Source: an uncultured Candidatus Saccharibacteria bacterium
GTDB lineage: Bacteria > Patescibacteriota > Minisyncoccia > UBA6257 > GWB1-50-10
Length of the DNA stretch: 64,000 bases
Direction of reading: 5' to 3'
NCBI GenBank assembly: GCA_964449245.1
Contig: CAYUXY010000002.1
Span: forward strand, 39,463 to 103,462
Part shown: in pieces, positions 51,599-60,612 of the stretch
How positions within the stretch are numbered: position 1 is the first letter of the stretch
How the letters are laid out: each line of letters starts with the position of its first letter
Notes under the pieces: model-generated
Told to the model about the DNA's origin: nothing
Database searches by the model: none
What the model saw: only the letters and a program-made list of their open reading frames with translations
Position numbers and translations under genes: made by a program

Positions 51599-53320
51599 CT
51601 AACTGATTTCATTTTGGTAACACTGTTCACAATATATGACTTCCGGTCTCTCTGGAGCGTAGGATGTCATTATTTCCGCACTACATTTTGCGCAATTACG
51701 TTTCCACAATTTAAGAGGATTCCTTTGCATCAAACGCGAAAAATAACGGCAATTAGAGCACTTTCTCGGAAGCGGGATATTCATTCTTCTGTAAAATTGG
51801 AGTTCCTGCGGGACGATTCTGAAAGCCTTTGTGCAATTGCATCGTTCTTTCATATTTGGATTATCTTTATCATCCCACGTTTCGCACTGTATTATTTCTT
51901 TCAAAATATCATCGGTTACTGTGGAAATTTCTTCCGGTAAATCTTCCCACGATTTAGTCGGAACATAATCCTTATCCTTAATTTCTTTCCAAACATATCC
52001 CCGCTTTAATGCTTCGTCTTTTGAAAGATAAAAATAGTCCTGCGCCGCGCTTATGTTATACGGCAAAAATGATGCTTCCGGTGGGAAAAACTCGCCGAAT
52101 TTATATGTTTTTCCAAAACTCAAAAACGGCATATCGTCCATATGTTTTCTTATTTCCGGCAATAATTTTTCATACTCTTCTTTTGAATACTGTTTGTTCA
52201 AAATGCAGTATTGTTTATTCTTAAGCCCCACACATCCGAAAAGATACGAGGACGAATAACAATTATCACAATACGTTAAATCGTGGCACGATTCCCACGA
52301 TTCGTTAACGAATCTGATATTTGAGAGATTATATCCGCAATTCGCGGTTTCATACACAAGCTCCGCATTTCTTCCCCAGTACGAATAATCCATACAATCT
52401 TTACCCTCAATAATGGACAACAAATTCTTTCCATGCTCAACATCTCGTAATTGATAGGAATTGGACACATCATTGCAATTTGTAAGCCAATTTCCCGAGG
52501 AATTCGTGCAATTTATAGCAACCGTTGATCTGCGCGGATAATTCATTGCAAATTTTTTAAAACGTGCGCGCATCTTTTCAACACCCATTGCCGTATTGAG
52601 ATGAAAATCACGCAGTTTTATTTCATAATCCTCTTTGGAATATTGTTCATTGAATATACAATATTGCTTATTTAAAAGACTGGCGCATCCGATACAATTC
52701 GAGCAATTTCTGCAATCAAATAGAAAAAATGAATCCCTGCACTGCCTGCATTCCTGCAGATATTTGGACCCATAGCATTCGAACGCGTCTATACTGCCAA
52801 ACACGAGTTCGGATTGATGAACATTGAAGCAATCCATACAATCTCTTGATTCCCAAAGATTGTACGAGTAGCTCGAATTTTCATTATAATTCGCCCTGAT
52901 TATGAGGTAGCAACCTTTGTTATAACTCGCGCGGTTGCAAAATTCATTTCCTGCCTGATCGCCCTGAATCGTTCTCTCCGCTCTCGGAACACGAGCCTTC
53001 AATTCCCTAAACTGCTGGAAAAACGGTTTTGAAAAATCATAATCTTTTCCATATGAAATCGGATCCCAATTGTCGCTTCTGTAGCAATCCAAACAATAAA
53101 CCGGATACTCTGAGCCGGTGTCGTGCGTAGAAATTATTTTCTTTCCGCAAAGTGAACAAGTATTGCCGTATAAATATCTCTCCGCGCAAAAAGAAAGCCT
53201 CCGCTCAAATCTGCACGTCGGGCAAAATGTCGGCGGAGGAACATCAATCTTCTGATAAAAAGACTCATCATCGGGAGTGATTTCAAAATCAGCATTACAG
53301 TTCTGACACAGCTTATTCAT
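51599..53320 (-). CDS. Cys-rich protein with multiple CxxC motifs, paralog 2
   Basis: Same architecture as 49747-51450. Confidence 0.8.
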   Translation of the reverse strand: MNKLCQNCNADFEITPDDESFYQKIDVPPPTFCPTCRFERRLSFCAERYLYGNTCSLCGKKIISTHDTGSEYPVYCLDCYRSDNWDPISYGKDYDFSKPFFQQFRELKARVPRAERTIQGDQAGNEFCNRASYNKGCYLIIRANYNENSSYSYNLWESRDCMDCFNVHQSELVFGSIDAFECYGSKYLQECRQCRDSFFLFDCRNCSNCIGCASLLNKQYCIFNEQYSKEDYEIKLRDFHLNTAMGVEKMRARFKKFAMNYPRRSTVAINCTNSSGNWLTNCNDVSNSYQLRDVEHGKNLLSIIEGKDCMDYSYWGRNAELVYETANCGYNLSNIRFVNESWESCHDLTYCDNCYSSSYLFGCVGLKNKQYCILNKQYSKEEYEKLLPEIRKHMDDMPFLSFGKTYKFGEFFPPEASFLPYNISAAQDYFYLSKDEALKRGYVWKEIKDKDYVPTKSWEDLPEEISTVTDDILKEIIQCETWDDKDNPNMKERCNCTKAFRIVPQELQFYRRMNIPLPRKCSNCRYFSRLMQRNPLKLWKRNCAKCSAEIMTSYAPERPEVIYCEQCYQNEIS

Positions 53321-53423
53321 AATTTCTAATTATCTAATTTTGAATTTCGATTGAATGTATCAATGATTGAATGTCTGAATGCATTCTTCTGTGCCTATAT
53401 ACTATATACGATATTCTATATAC
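53320..53423. repeat. Composite spacer (inverted A, C)
   Basis: Inverted A core 53320-53357; C box 53398-53423. Confidence 0.85.
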
Positions 53424-53439
53424 CTTCTTACCTATTCCC

Positions 53440-53517
53440 CTATCTCTTCTTCAACGAAACCTTGCGCCCCTCTTTCTTTCTGTGCTTCTTTTTGGCTATT
53501 TTTTGTGTTTTATTCAT
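53440..53517 (-). CDS. Candidate 25-aa highly basic peptide MNKTQKIAKKKHRKKEGRKVSLKKR
   Basis: Manual translation; fills the gap after recQ; extended -10-like TGaTATTAT upstream. Confidence 0.45.
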   Translation of the reverse strand: MNKTQKIAKKKHRKKEGRKVSLKKR

Positions 53518-53564
53518 ATTCGATTATATTTTGATAATATCACTCATTTACGGGTTTTTCCACT

Positions 53565-54755
53565 CTAAAAATCCCCTACACATATATCGCATGAACCGCA
53601 GTTTTCTTTTGAATATTCCTCACCGAAATAAGCGAGAAGCATTTTTCTACGGCATTGTCCCGACGTGCAAAAATCAACCATTTTATCAAGCTGATAAGAC
53701 GCGATTGCCGCCCAATCGAAATTTTTGCTCTGCCCTATGAAAAACTCGTGCTTCATTTTGTCGCTATAGCTAAAAAATAAAATGCAGTCTGAAGGCAATC
53801 CGTCTCTTCCTGCGCGTCCGGTCTCCTGATAATACCCTTCTATGTTTTTGGGTAAATCGTGATGAATAACAAATCTGACGTTCTGCTTGTCTATCCCCAT
53901 TCCGAACGCAATTGTCGCAACAATGACTCTTGCTCCGCCACGCTGGAATTGCTCCTGATTTTCCGCCCTTTCTTTTTGCGGGAGCCCTGCGTGGTATGCG
54001 ACGGCGTCAATTCCATCGGAAATTAAATCCGCAACCATTTTATCCGTCGCCTTTCTGCTATGGCAATAGACAATCCCTGCATAATTCGGATGGTCTTCAA
54101 GATACGCGAGAATCTGATAATAAGTGTTTTGTTTCGGCCTGATGATATAGCTAAGGTTTTTTCTGTCAAAACTTCCACTATGTTCCGCGCACTGACTAAA
54201 ATGAAGCTGTTTCTTTATATCTTCACGGACTTTGCGCGTTGCCGTTGCGGTAAGCGCGATAAACGGCGTTTGTTTGAACGTTTCGCGAAGCGCGCCTATC
54301 TTTCTATATTCCGGTCTGAAATCGTGCCCCCACTCCGAAATACAATGAGCTTCGTCAACAGCGACGAACGATAATCCTATGTCTGACAAAAAATCAGTAA
54401 ATCCTTCCTGCGAAAGTCTTTCGGGAGCGACATACAAAAGCTTTACCCTTCCATCAAGCACTTTCTGTTTCACTTCCCGTGATTCTTTTACTCCCTGACT
54501 ACTGTTTAAATATTCCGCCGAGATGTCTTTTCTCGTAAGAGATTCCACCTGATCTTTCATAAGCGCGATTAAAGGAGAAATAACGAGCGCCGTTCCGGGG
54601 AGTTCAAGCGCCGGAAGCTGATAGCAAAGGGATTTTCCCGCGCCCGTCGGAAGTACGACGAGCACGTCTTTCTTTTGTAAAACGTCGGCAATAATATCTT
54701 CCTGAAAAGGAAGGAAGTCATCGAAACCGAAATGTTTTTTAAGGATTCTTTTCAT
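53565..54755 (-). CDS. recQ: RecQ-family helicase ending after the Zn-binding domain
   Basis: PTGAGKS, DEAHCISEWGHDFRPEY, QETGRAGRDG, CRR...CGSCDIC. Confidence 0.92.
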   Translation of the reverse strand: MKRILKKHFGFDDFLPFQEDIIADVLQKKDVLVVLPTGAGKSLCYQLPALELPGTALVISPLIALMKDQVESLTRKDISAEYLNSSQGVKESREVKQKVLDGRVKLLYVAPERLSQEGFTDFLSDIGLSFVAVDEAHCISEWGHDFRPEYRKIGALRETFKQTPFIALTATATRKVREDIKKQLHFSQCAEHSGSFDRKNLSYIIRPKQNTYYQILAYLEDHPNYAGIVYCHSRKATDKMVADLISDGIDAVAYHAGLPQKERAENQEQFQRGGARVIVATIAFGMGIDKQNVRFVIHHDLPKNIEGYYQETGRAGRDGLPSDCILFFSYSDKMKHEFFIGQSKNFDWAAIASYQLDKMVDFCTSGQCRRKMLLAYFGEEYSKENCGSCDICVGDF

Positions 54756-54760
54756 AAAAT

Positions 54761-55741
54761 TTATATGTATTTTTCAGTCTTTAATATTTCTCTCATTTCT
54801 TTAACGCTATTTGCTCCCATAAGCGAGACCCGCAACTCTTTCGCGCCGTCGAATCCCGACACATACGCCTTAATGTGCTTTTTCATAATATCAAAATTTT
54901 TAGTGACGCGAGAACGATCTATATACGAGTTTCCGAAATATTTTTCGAAAAGCTTCGCGTGCTCTATAAGCATCCCGAGCTTTTCTTTTGCTGAAATATT
55001 TTTCGTTCGCGCATTAAATATAGACGGGTTACCTAACGCGCCCCTCCCAATCATAACACCATCCGCTCCGGTTTGTTTCGCGAAGCACATGCCTTCCGCA
55101 CGCGTCGTAACATCCCCGTTTCCTATTATAAGCGTGTCGGACTTCAAATCGTTTCTAATTTCTACCGCGCGTTTTACCCTCTCCCACCTTGCGGGCACTT
55201 TAGACATCTCATTCATCGTGCGCGCATGAAGCGTAACGACTGCGGGGCATACGGAAAGAAGCTCCGGAAGCCATTCGTCAAGCGTGTCGCGCGAATACCC
55301 GAGACGCGTCTTTACGGACACCGGCATTTTCCCCGCGCCTTCTTTAGTAGCCAATATTATTTCTTTCGCAAGATCCGGATTTTTAATAAGTGCCGACCCC
55401 GCGCCCTGTTTTAAAACCGCTTTGTCGGGACACCCCATATTTATATCTATTCCGTCAAATCCAAGCTCGGATATGATATGCGCAGCGCGCGTAAAATGTT
55501 TCGGCACTGCGCCGAAAACTTGCGCGACTATCGGGCGCTCACGTCGTGTGAATTTTAGAAGCGGGATAAGTTTCTCCTTCCCGCGCGAAACGAGCCCGTC
55601 AACTGAAACGAACTCTGTCCAAAAAACATCGGGCTTTCCGTATAGCGCGAGTATCTCACGAAACGCAATGTCTGTTACGTCGAGCATCGGCGCGATAGCA
55701 AAAAAAGGTTTTTTAAGTTTTTTCCAGAATCCCATTTCCAT
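54761..55741 (-). CDS. dus: tRNA-dihydrouridine synthase
   Basis: APMLDVTD, DINMGCP, SVKTRLG, HART, GNGDV, MIGRG. Confidence 0.93.
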   Translation of the reverse strand: MEMGFWKKLKKPFFAIAPMLDVTDIAFREILALYGKPDVFWTEFVSVDGLVSRGKEKLIPLLKFTRRERPIVAQVFGAVPKHFTRAAHIISELGFDGIDINMGCPDKAVLKQGAGSALIKNPDLAKEIILATKEGAGKMPVSVKTRLGYSRDTLDEWLPELLSVCPAVVTLHARTMNEMSKVPARWERVKRAVEIRNDLKSDTLIIGNGDVTTRAEGMCFAKQTGADGVMIGRGALGNPSIFNARTKNISAKEKLGMLIEHAKLFEKYFGNSYIDRSRVTKNFDIMKKHIKAYVSGFDGAKELRVSLMGANSVKEMREILKTEKYI

Positions 55742-55833
55742 AGCCTCTCCAATTGTACCTTTCGCACCCTATTTTTGTCCAAAATACGGTGAAAATGCGA
55801 ATAAAGGCACACTTCTATATTATCATATTGCAG

Positions 55834-55881
55834 GTTGACAGAGAGAGAGTTTTGTAGTAGAATAAAAGATAGAAAATAATT
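55834..55881 (+). promoter_or_regulatory. Sigma70 promoter block, copy 1
   Basis: TTGACA-17-TAGAAT; about 47 bp near-identical to 56479-56525. Confidence 0.8.
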
Positions 55882-55907
55882 AAAAAATTCATAAAGGAGT
55901 GTGCGTC

Positions 55908-56276
55908 ATGAAAAAATATGCGTACTTAATATTAATCGCCGCCTCAGGGTGGTTGGCCTTTTATAAAGTTGTTTCGACATATTGGCCATATTCTGGTGGT
56001 GAACCGCAGTACAACTGGGTAATCATTGGCATTTTTATTGCAAATAAAATGCTCCCATTGTTAATAGTAATGACCTCTATTTTTGAGGTGGGTAAGCCCA
56101 GCATCGCTGGAATCTCATCGAGATTTTTCATAGCATACGTCTACACAATGTCATTGGGAATCCCAACAAAAGGAGCAATAATGTCATCCGTGGTGATCAC
56201 AATATTTAGCTTCTTAATAAGCTTTGTAATTGCAAAAAAACAAAGGGTATTTAAAAATATTAAGTGGCCAAATTAA
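55908..56276 (+). CDS. Orphan multi-TM membrane protein, SD-led
   Basis: SD AAAGGAG; four hydrophobic segments; terminator at about 56279-56313. Confidence 0.7.
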   Translation: MKKYAYLILIAASGWLAFYKVVSTYWPYSGGEPQYNWVIIGIFIANKMLPLLIVMTSIFEVGKPSIAGISSRFFIAYVYTMSLGIPTKGAIMSSVVITIFSFLISFVIAKKQRVFKNIKWPN

Positions 56277-56293
56277 ATTTTGCCCCATTCCGA

Positions 56294-56465
56294 CTATCGG
56301 ACTTGGGGCAAATTGTTTTTTAAATATACCCTCGCCATATTTTTTGCACCCATCTCCCCGTCTATTATCGGCTTAATCCATCTGTATTTCTCCTCTTTTG
56401 TTGATTTGGGCATAGTTTGCATATGTCCTTAGACTATCTCTAAAAGTGCAATATGTGTGTGGACA
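56294..56465 (-). pseudogene. Possible IS (IS481/IS3-like) left-end remnant with truncated transposase start
   Basis: Begins TGTCCACACACATATTGCAC; ORF MQTMPKSTKEEKYRWIKPIIDGE recalls the N-termini of CPR integrase-core transposases (recognition from memory only). Confidence 0.4.
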
Positions 56466-56478
56466 TTACCCGAGGGAG

Positions 56479-56525
56479 TTGACAGAGAGAGCGTTTTGTA
56501 GTAGAATAAAAGATAGAAAATAATT
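56479..56525 (+). promoter_or_regulatory. Sigma70 promoter block, copy 2
   Basis: TTGACA-17-TAGAAT; duplicate of 55834-55881. Confidence 0.8.
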
Positions 56526-56570
56526 GTAATTTTAATAATACATCTAATTAGTTAGAAAGGAGGAATTGTC

Positions 56571-57158
56571 ATGAAAAAAATGATAATTCTTTTGTTTTTG
56601 TGCCTTGTTTCAACATCGTCATTAATGAGCCAGATTATCCCTCATGGGTTCGTAAGAACGGGATACAATGAAATCGCCATGAATTTTTACGGCGATGGAA
56701 TTGTTCGAACTCCGCTCGTAACTATGGTAGGAGTTGAATCTCACGCCATAGCATTCGGGAAAATGGACTCTTCTATTGCTATCGCGGCAGCAGGAATATC
56801 AATTTACAAAAATGTCTTTCGGATAGACATGCTTGCGGGCGAAAATTGGGGTAATTCCCATTTAATAGGCGCGCGCGTGTGGATTGGTAGTGAAGGAATC
56901 GTAAATCTGATGGGTGAATATTTTCACAATACAAACCGTGAACTATCCTCCCTTGATTATTGGAGGTGTTCGATAACCGTCCCCGTCAGCTCTTGGGCTG
57001 AGATGGGAGGAGAAATATCCAAGGTTCCATTCTCTGATGACGTATTTCAGGAAAAAAACGAACTTCATGGGGTGATTAACATAATTCCCCCTATTCCAGT
57101 TTCCATCGGCGTAGCTATAGGACGAAAATCGAGAGTTGAAGCTGTTCTTTATTTCTAA
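56571..57158 (+). CDS. Secreted beta-strand-rich protein with C-terminal Phe (beta-barrel-like), SD-led
   Basis: SD AAAGGAGG; signal peptide MKKMIILLFLCLVSTSSLMS; ends RVEAVLYF; terminator 57165-57187. Confidence 0.7.
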   Translation: MKKMIILLFLCLVSTSSLMSQIIPHGFVRTGYNEIAMNFYGDGIVRTPLVTMVGVESHAIAFGKMDSSIAIAAAGISIYKNVFRIDMLAGENWGNSHLIGARVWIGSEGIVNLMGEYFHNTNRELSSLDYWRCSITVPVSSWAEMGGEISKVPFSDDVFQEKNELHGVINIIPPIPVSIGVAIGRKSRVEAVLYF

Positions 57159-57216
57159 CATACCTAAGCGGGCCCAAAGCCCGCTTAAAACATATCCTGA
57201 TGGAATTTTTTTTCAA

Positions 57217-59973
57217 CTATACCGCAGGGCCTATCGGTTTCGTAATGCCATTAAAAATCGGAGTTTTTGAAAACTCACCGTTTACAAATCTCGCGCGGAG
57301 TATTTCCCCTATCGTAGCATTTCCCGAAACTTCATTGGGAGACATATTTATAGATTTCATAAAGTTAACCGCCTTCACATCGGCATCTTTATTCCAAACT
57401 TCCCACATCTTGCTCGCTTTTGTGTTAAAGAATCTATCAACTCCTGCATCATCCATTTTTGTAATAGACTTCACTGAATCAATAAATTGCGTTTCGTTTG
57501 CATTAAACGTCTGTTCAAGTTCAAAAAAGTTAGTGTTCAGCCTTGCAAGAGTCTTTGCGTCCTCTGCCGAAAATTCACTCGCGGGTATATTTTTCAAATT
57601 TTCATATTGAACGACAACATCTCTTATTCCTTGACTATATAAAACATTTTCTTGCTCGGTAAGAGAAAGTGAGGAAAAACTTTTTGCATTGCGTTCCAAA
57701 TCATTCGCGGTCTTTTCAAAAAGAGTCATCATTTGCTCGTGTTCTAAAATCGGAGACGCCTCTACCGCGATTTCGGGTTCATTGTTCAAAATCGGAATAC
57801 TCGGATCGGATTGATGTCCATAAACCGTACCTGCCCGCACTTCTTCTATGTTATCCTTGCCGTCAATCACAAATTTATCGGAAACATCTTCGGAAGAATA
57901 ATCTTTAAGATTATACGTTGTTCCGTCTGTATCCACAGACTCGCTTGAGACGTCGGAAGATACGTCGTGCGTATATTCATAAGTTCTTTCAAGCGGAATG
58001 TTTCCTCCCGACGGTTTGCCGTCAATAAATTCGCGGACAGATACTTCGCCGTTTGAGTCGTGCGTAATTACATAAGCAGGGTTCCCCTCTTCGCCTTCCG
58101 GACCTAAATCGAGAACGCGAACTTCGGTTCCTTCCGCCGGATTTATATATTCATTATCTACGGCGATATTGTATGCTTCTTTTCCGGACCAAGCGTGCAC
58201 TGCGGACGCGTCCGACGGATCCCCCTCATACCCCCATTCCTTCGGATTCACCTCAAGCTGACGCTGAATCGCGTGCGTTATCCCTTCTCCCTTGCCAACC
58301 GTTGCGCGGTCAATCATTTCCGGAGTAATACTAATTTTTGGGCTCACTACTCCGGTATTCTCGAATGATAAATGTGGAGATACTGCAGCCTTCGGGTTCG
58401 GAATCAACACGTCCGAATCGTGAACCTTCATCGGGTCATAGGCATCAGCCGAGCTTTCAACATTTATTTTCGGAGTAATAAAAGGATGGCCTGCCGTATC
58501 GACAGTTGTCGAGTTCGGAGGAGCATAATCCTGCTTATACATTCCAGAATGTACTTCCGGAGTGTGGATTGGAGCGGACGGAAAATGAACGGAATCCGCC
58601 AAATTCATAACGCCCTTGGAAATAAGGTCTCCGCCATATACACCGACACGGCTTCCCAAAAGTCCGGCGAGTATCGTTCCAAGCGTCCTGTTTGCCTTAT
58701 ACCATTTTTCTTGTTTTTTGAGTTTAGAAAGATATTGCTCGCTTAAGGCGATATTTTTGTCGGCGACATCTTTCAAAATTTTATTTCTTTCAAATTCGGA
58801 AGTTGTATCTACCGCGTGTAAAAGATCATCCGATACATCTTCTATCGCCTTTGTTTCAGTTCTTTCCGTAAGCTTTTCTCTATCGTGCTTAAGCGCCTTC
58901 TCGGCAAGGGGTTGAAATATTTTTTTAGAAAGAAGATAACCAAACTCTCCGCCAACAAGAGCTCTTACTACTTTGATTCCCACAAACCCAGCGCCTCCTA
59001 CACCAAGCGCAACAACGCCGGGAAACGCGAGCGCCATTCCGCCTCCGATAATTGCGGCGGTAAGCGCAGTGCGAGTATTTCTATTCATTTTAAAATATCC
59101 GCCGACAAGCTTACTTTCCGCGAGAGCCTCGCCTGTTCGTTTGAAAAATCTGCCAATACGACCCCCCTTCGGATCAATAGCCTCTTCCATTTTTACCCTC
59201 TCGTCCTGCCAGCGCATCATTTCAGCATTTATAAGTTTCATCGAATCAACTTCGATTTTCTGAACTTTATTTTCAAAACCACTGTCTCTCCCTTCGGCTT
59301 CCGCCTTGCTTAATTCCGTTTTTGTATATGAAATTTTAAATTCACGGAGCTTGTCTCTGTATTTATCTTCTAAAACAGCTCTCTGCCCGCGTAACTCTAA
59401 TCGCGATTTATCATTTTCGAGCTTTGCTTCTGGAGATTTATCAGCATTATATTTCTCATCCGCGATTCTCATTTTTTCGGCAAGCAAACGCATTTCGTTT
59501 CTCGTCTCCGCAACTTTCGCCGCAGTCTCTATCTCGGACATTGAAAATGCCTTATTCCTTAACGCTGCTACTATATTTTCTTTTGTTGGATCTACTCCTT
59601 CAGGAAAACCGCTCGGAATTCTTTTTTGAGTCAAAAAAGAATCGGCAACAATATCAATTTCATCGCTACTCAAAACGCGCCCATGCAATTCGTCATAAAG
59701 TTTTTTGACTATTTCTCTATTTTCTTCTTTATTCGGATCTATTCCTTTACTTTTTGCAATAGCGAATGTGGCACCAAATACATCCCGTTTAGTTAACGTT
59801 CCGGATAGAATTGATGCGCATGCCTTTGAATTCGCAGCATCTAATTGATCCGGTTTGTGCTTACTTGCATCAAAACCCAAAAGAACTTCGGAAGCAAACC
59901 CGAGTTCCTTATCCGGCTCTTCGTGTGAATTTTCTTGTTCGGGCGATGCGCCTTTTTGATCAGGATTTTCCAT
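57217..59973 (-). CDS. Large hypothetical protein (coiled coil, Gly-rich hydrophobic segments, acidic C-terminal region)
   Basis: 918-aa ORF; hydrophobic ALTAAIIGGGMALAFPGVVALGVGGAGFVG and LGTILAGLLG. Confidence 0.8.
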   Translation of the reverse strand: MENPDQKGASPEQENSHEEPDKELGFASEVLLGFDASKHKPDQLDAANSKACASILSGTLTKRDVFGATFAIAKSKGIDPNKEENREIVKKLYDELHGRVLSSDEIDIVADSFLTQKRIPSGFPEGVDPTKENIVAALRNKAFSMSEIETAAKVAETRNEMRLLAEKMRIADEKYNADKSPEAKLENDKSRLELRGQRAVLEDKYRDKLREFKISYTKTELSKAEAEGRDSGFENKVQKIEVDSMKLINAEMMRWQDERVKMEEAIDPKGGRIGRFFKRTGEALAESKLVGGYFKMNRNTRTALTAAIIGGGMALAFPGVVALGVGGAGFVGIKVVRALVGGEFGYLLSKKIFQPLAEKALKHDREKLTERTETKAIEDVSDDLLHAVDTTSEFERNKILKDVADKNIALSEQYLSKLKKQEKWYKANRTLGTILAGLLGSRVGVYGGDLISKGVMNLADSVHFPSAPIHTPEVHSGMYKQDYAPPNSTTVDTAGHPFITPKINVESSADAYDPMKVHDSDVLIPNPKAAVSPHLSFENTGVVSPKISITPEMIDRATVGKGEGITHAIQRQLEVNPKEWGYEGDPSDASAVHAWSGKEAYNIAVDNEYINPAEGTEVRVLDLGPEGEEGNPAYVITHDSNGEVSVREFIDGKPSGGNIPLERTYEYTHDVSSDVSSESVDTDGTTYNLKDYSSEDVSDKFVIDGKDNIEEVRAGTVYGHQSDPSIPILNNEPEIAVEASPILEHEQMMTLFEKTANDLERNAKSFSSLSLTEQENVLYSQGIRDVVVQYENLKNIPASEFSAEDAKTLARLNTNFFELEQTFNANETQFIDSVKSITKMDDAGVDRFFNTKASKMWEVWNKDADVKAVNFMKSINMSPNEVSGNATIGEILRARFVNGEFSKTPIFNGITKPIGPAV

Positions 59974-59987
59974 AAATCATCTTTCAA

Positions 59988-60296
59988 TTATTTTGCGAGC
60001 ATAATTGATTTATAATTTGCGATTTCAGCCTTTATTATATCTTCGTAATCAGGTACCTCCGTCTTCAAAAACGCTAAAATACCATCAACGTCTTCCGGAG
60101 TTGAATCAAGCATGTTAGAAAATTCTTCGCGCTTGTCAGGATTTAACGCCTCGAAAATTTTCATCCACGCGCCACGCACGATAATATACGCCGCATCATC
60201 GGCAAGACCTTCTAATGTTTCTTTATCTACATCGCCCAAACCAAGTTCTTTGAACAAATCCAGTTTGAGCATTTCTTCTATTTTTTCTTTATCCAT
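59988..60296 (-). CDS. Small acidic helical protein (DUF5663-like)
   Basis: DLFKELGL...FLKTEVPDYEDII; directly upstream of the large gene. Confidence 0.65.
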   Translation of the reverse strand: MDKEKIEEMLKLDLFKELGLGDVDKETLEGLADDAAYIIVRGAWMKIFEALNPDKREEFSNMLDSTPEDVDGILAFLKTEVPDYEDIIKAEIANYKSIMLAK

Positions 60297-60396
60297 TTTT
60301 TATAGTATTTAATTTATTGACCTTTATTATACCACATACCATATACCATCGTCAATGCAACATTATTTATTAAGTATAACACAAAAAAACACTGTG

Positions 60397-60610
60397 TTAA
60401 AAGACAAAAGATAAACTTGTTACTTTTAACTTTCTACTTTCGTCTTTTATCTTGTTTCTTTTGTCTTTTATCTTTTCACTTGTTACTTTTAACTTTTCTG
60501 CCTACGGCAGATCTCCCGTAGGGAGACGACTTTCTACTCTTTTGTTTTTCTTCTTTTATCTTGTTTCTTTTGTCTTTCTTTACTTTCAACTTTCTACTTT
60601 CAACTTCTTT
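60397..60610. repeat. Long B-block heptamer tract with an inserted F element and internal duplication
   Basis: F 60497-60526 is the reverse complement of 39420-39449; cttttatcttgtttcttttgtcttt at 60444 and 60553. Confidence 0.85.
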
Positions 60611-60612
60611 TG

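Noticed and set aside
38600-53423. Classical integron cassette array
   Set aside because: No tyrosine integrase in the window, I could not identify RYYYAAC...GTTRRRY attC structures, and the A elements occur in both orientations.
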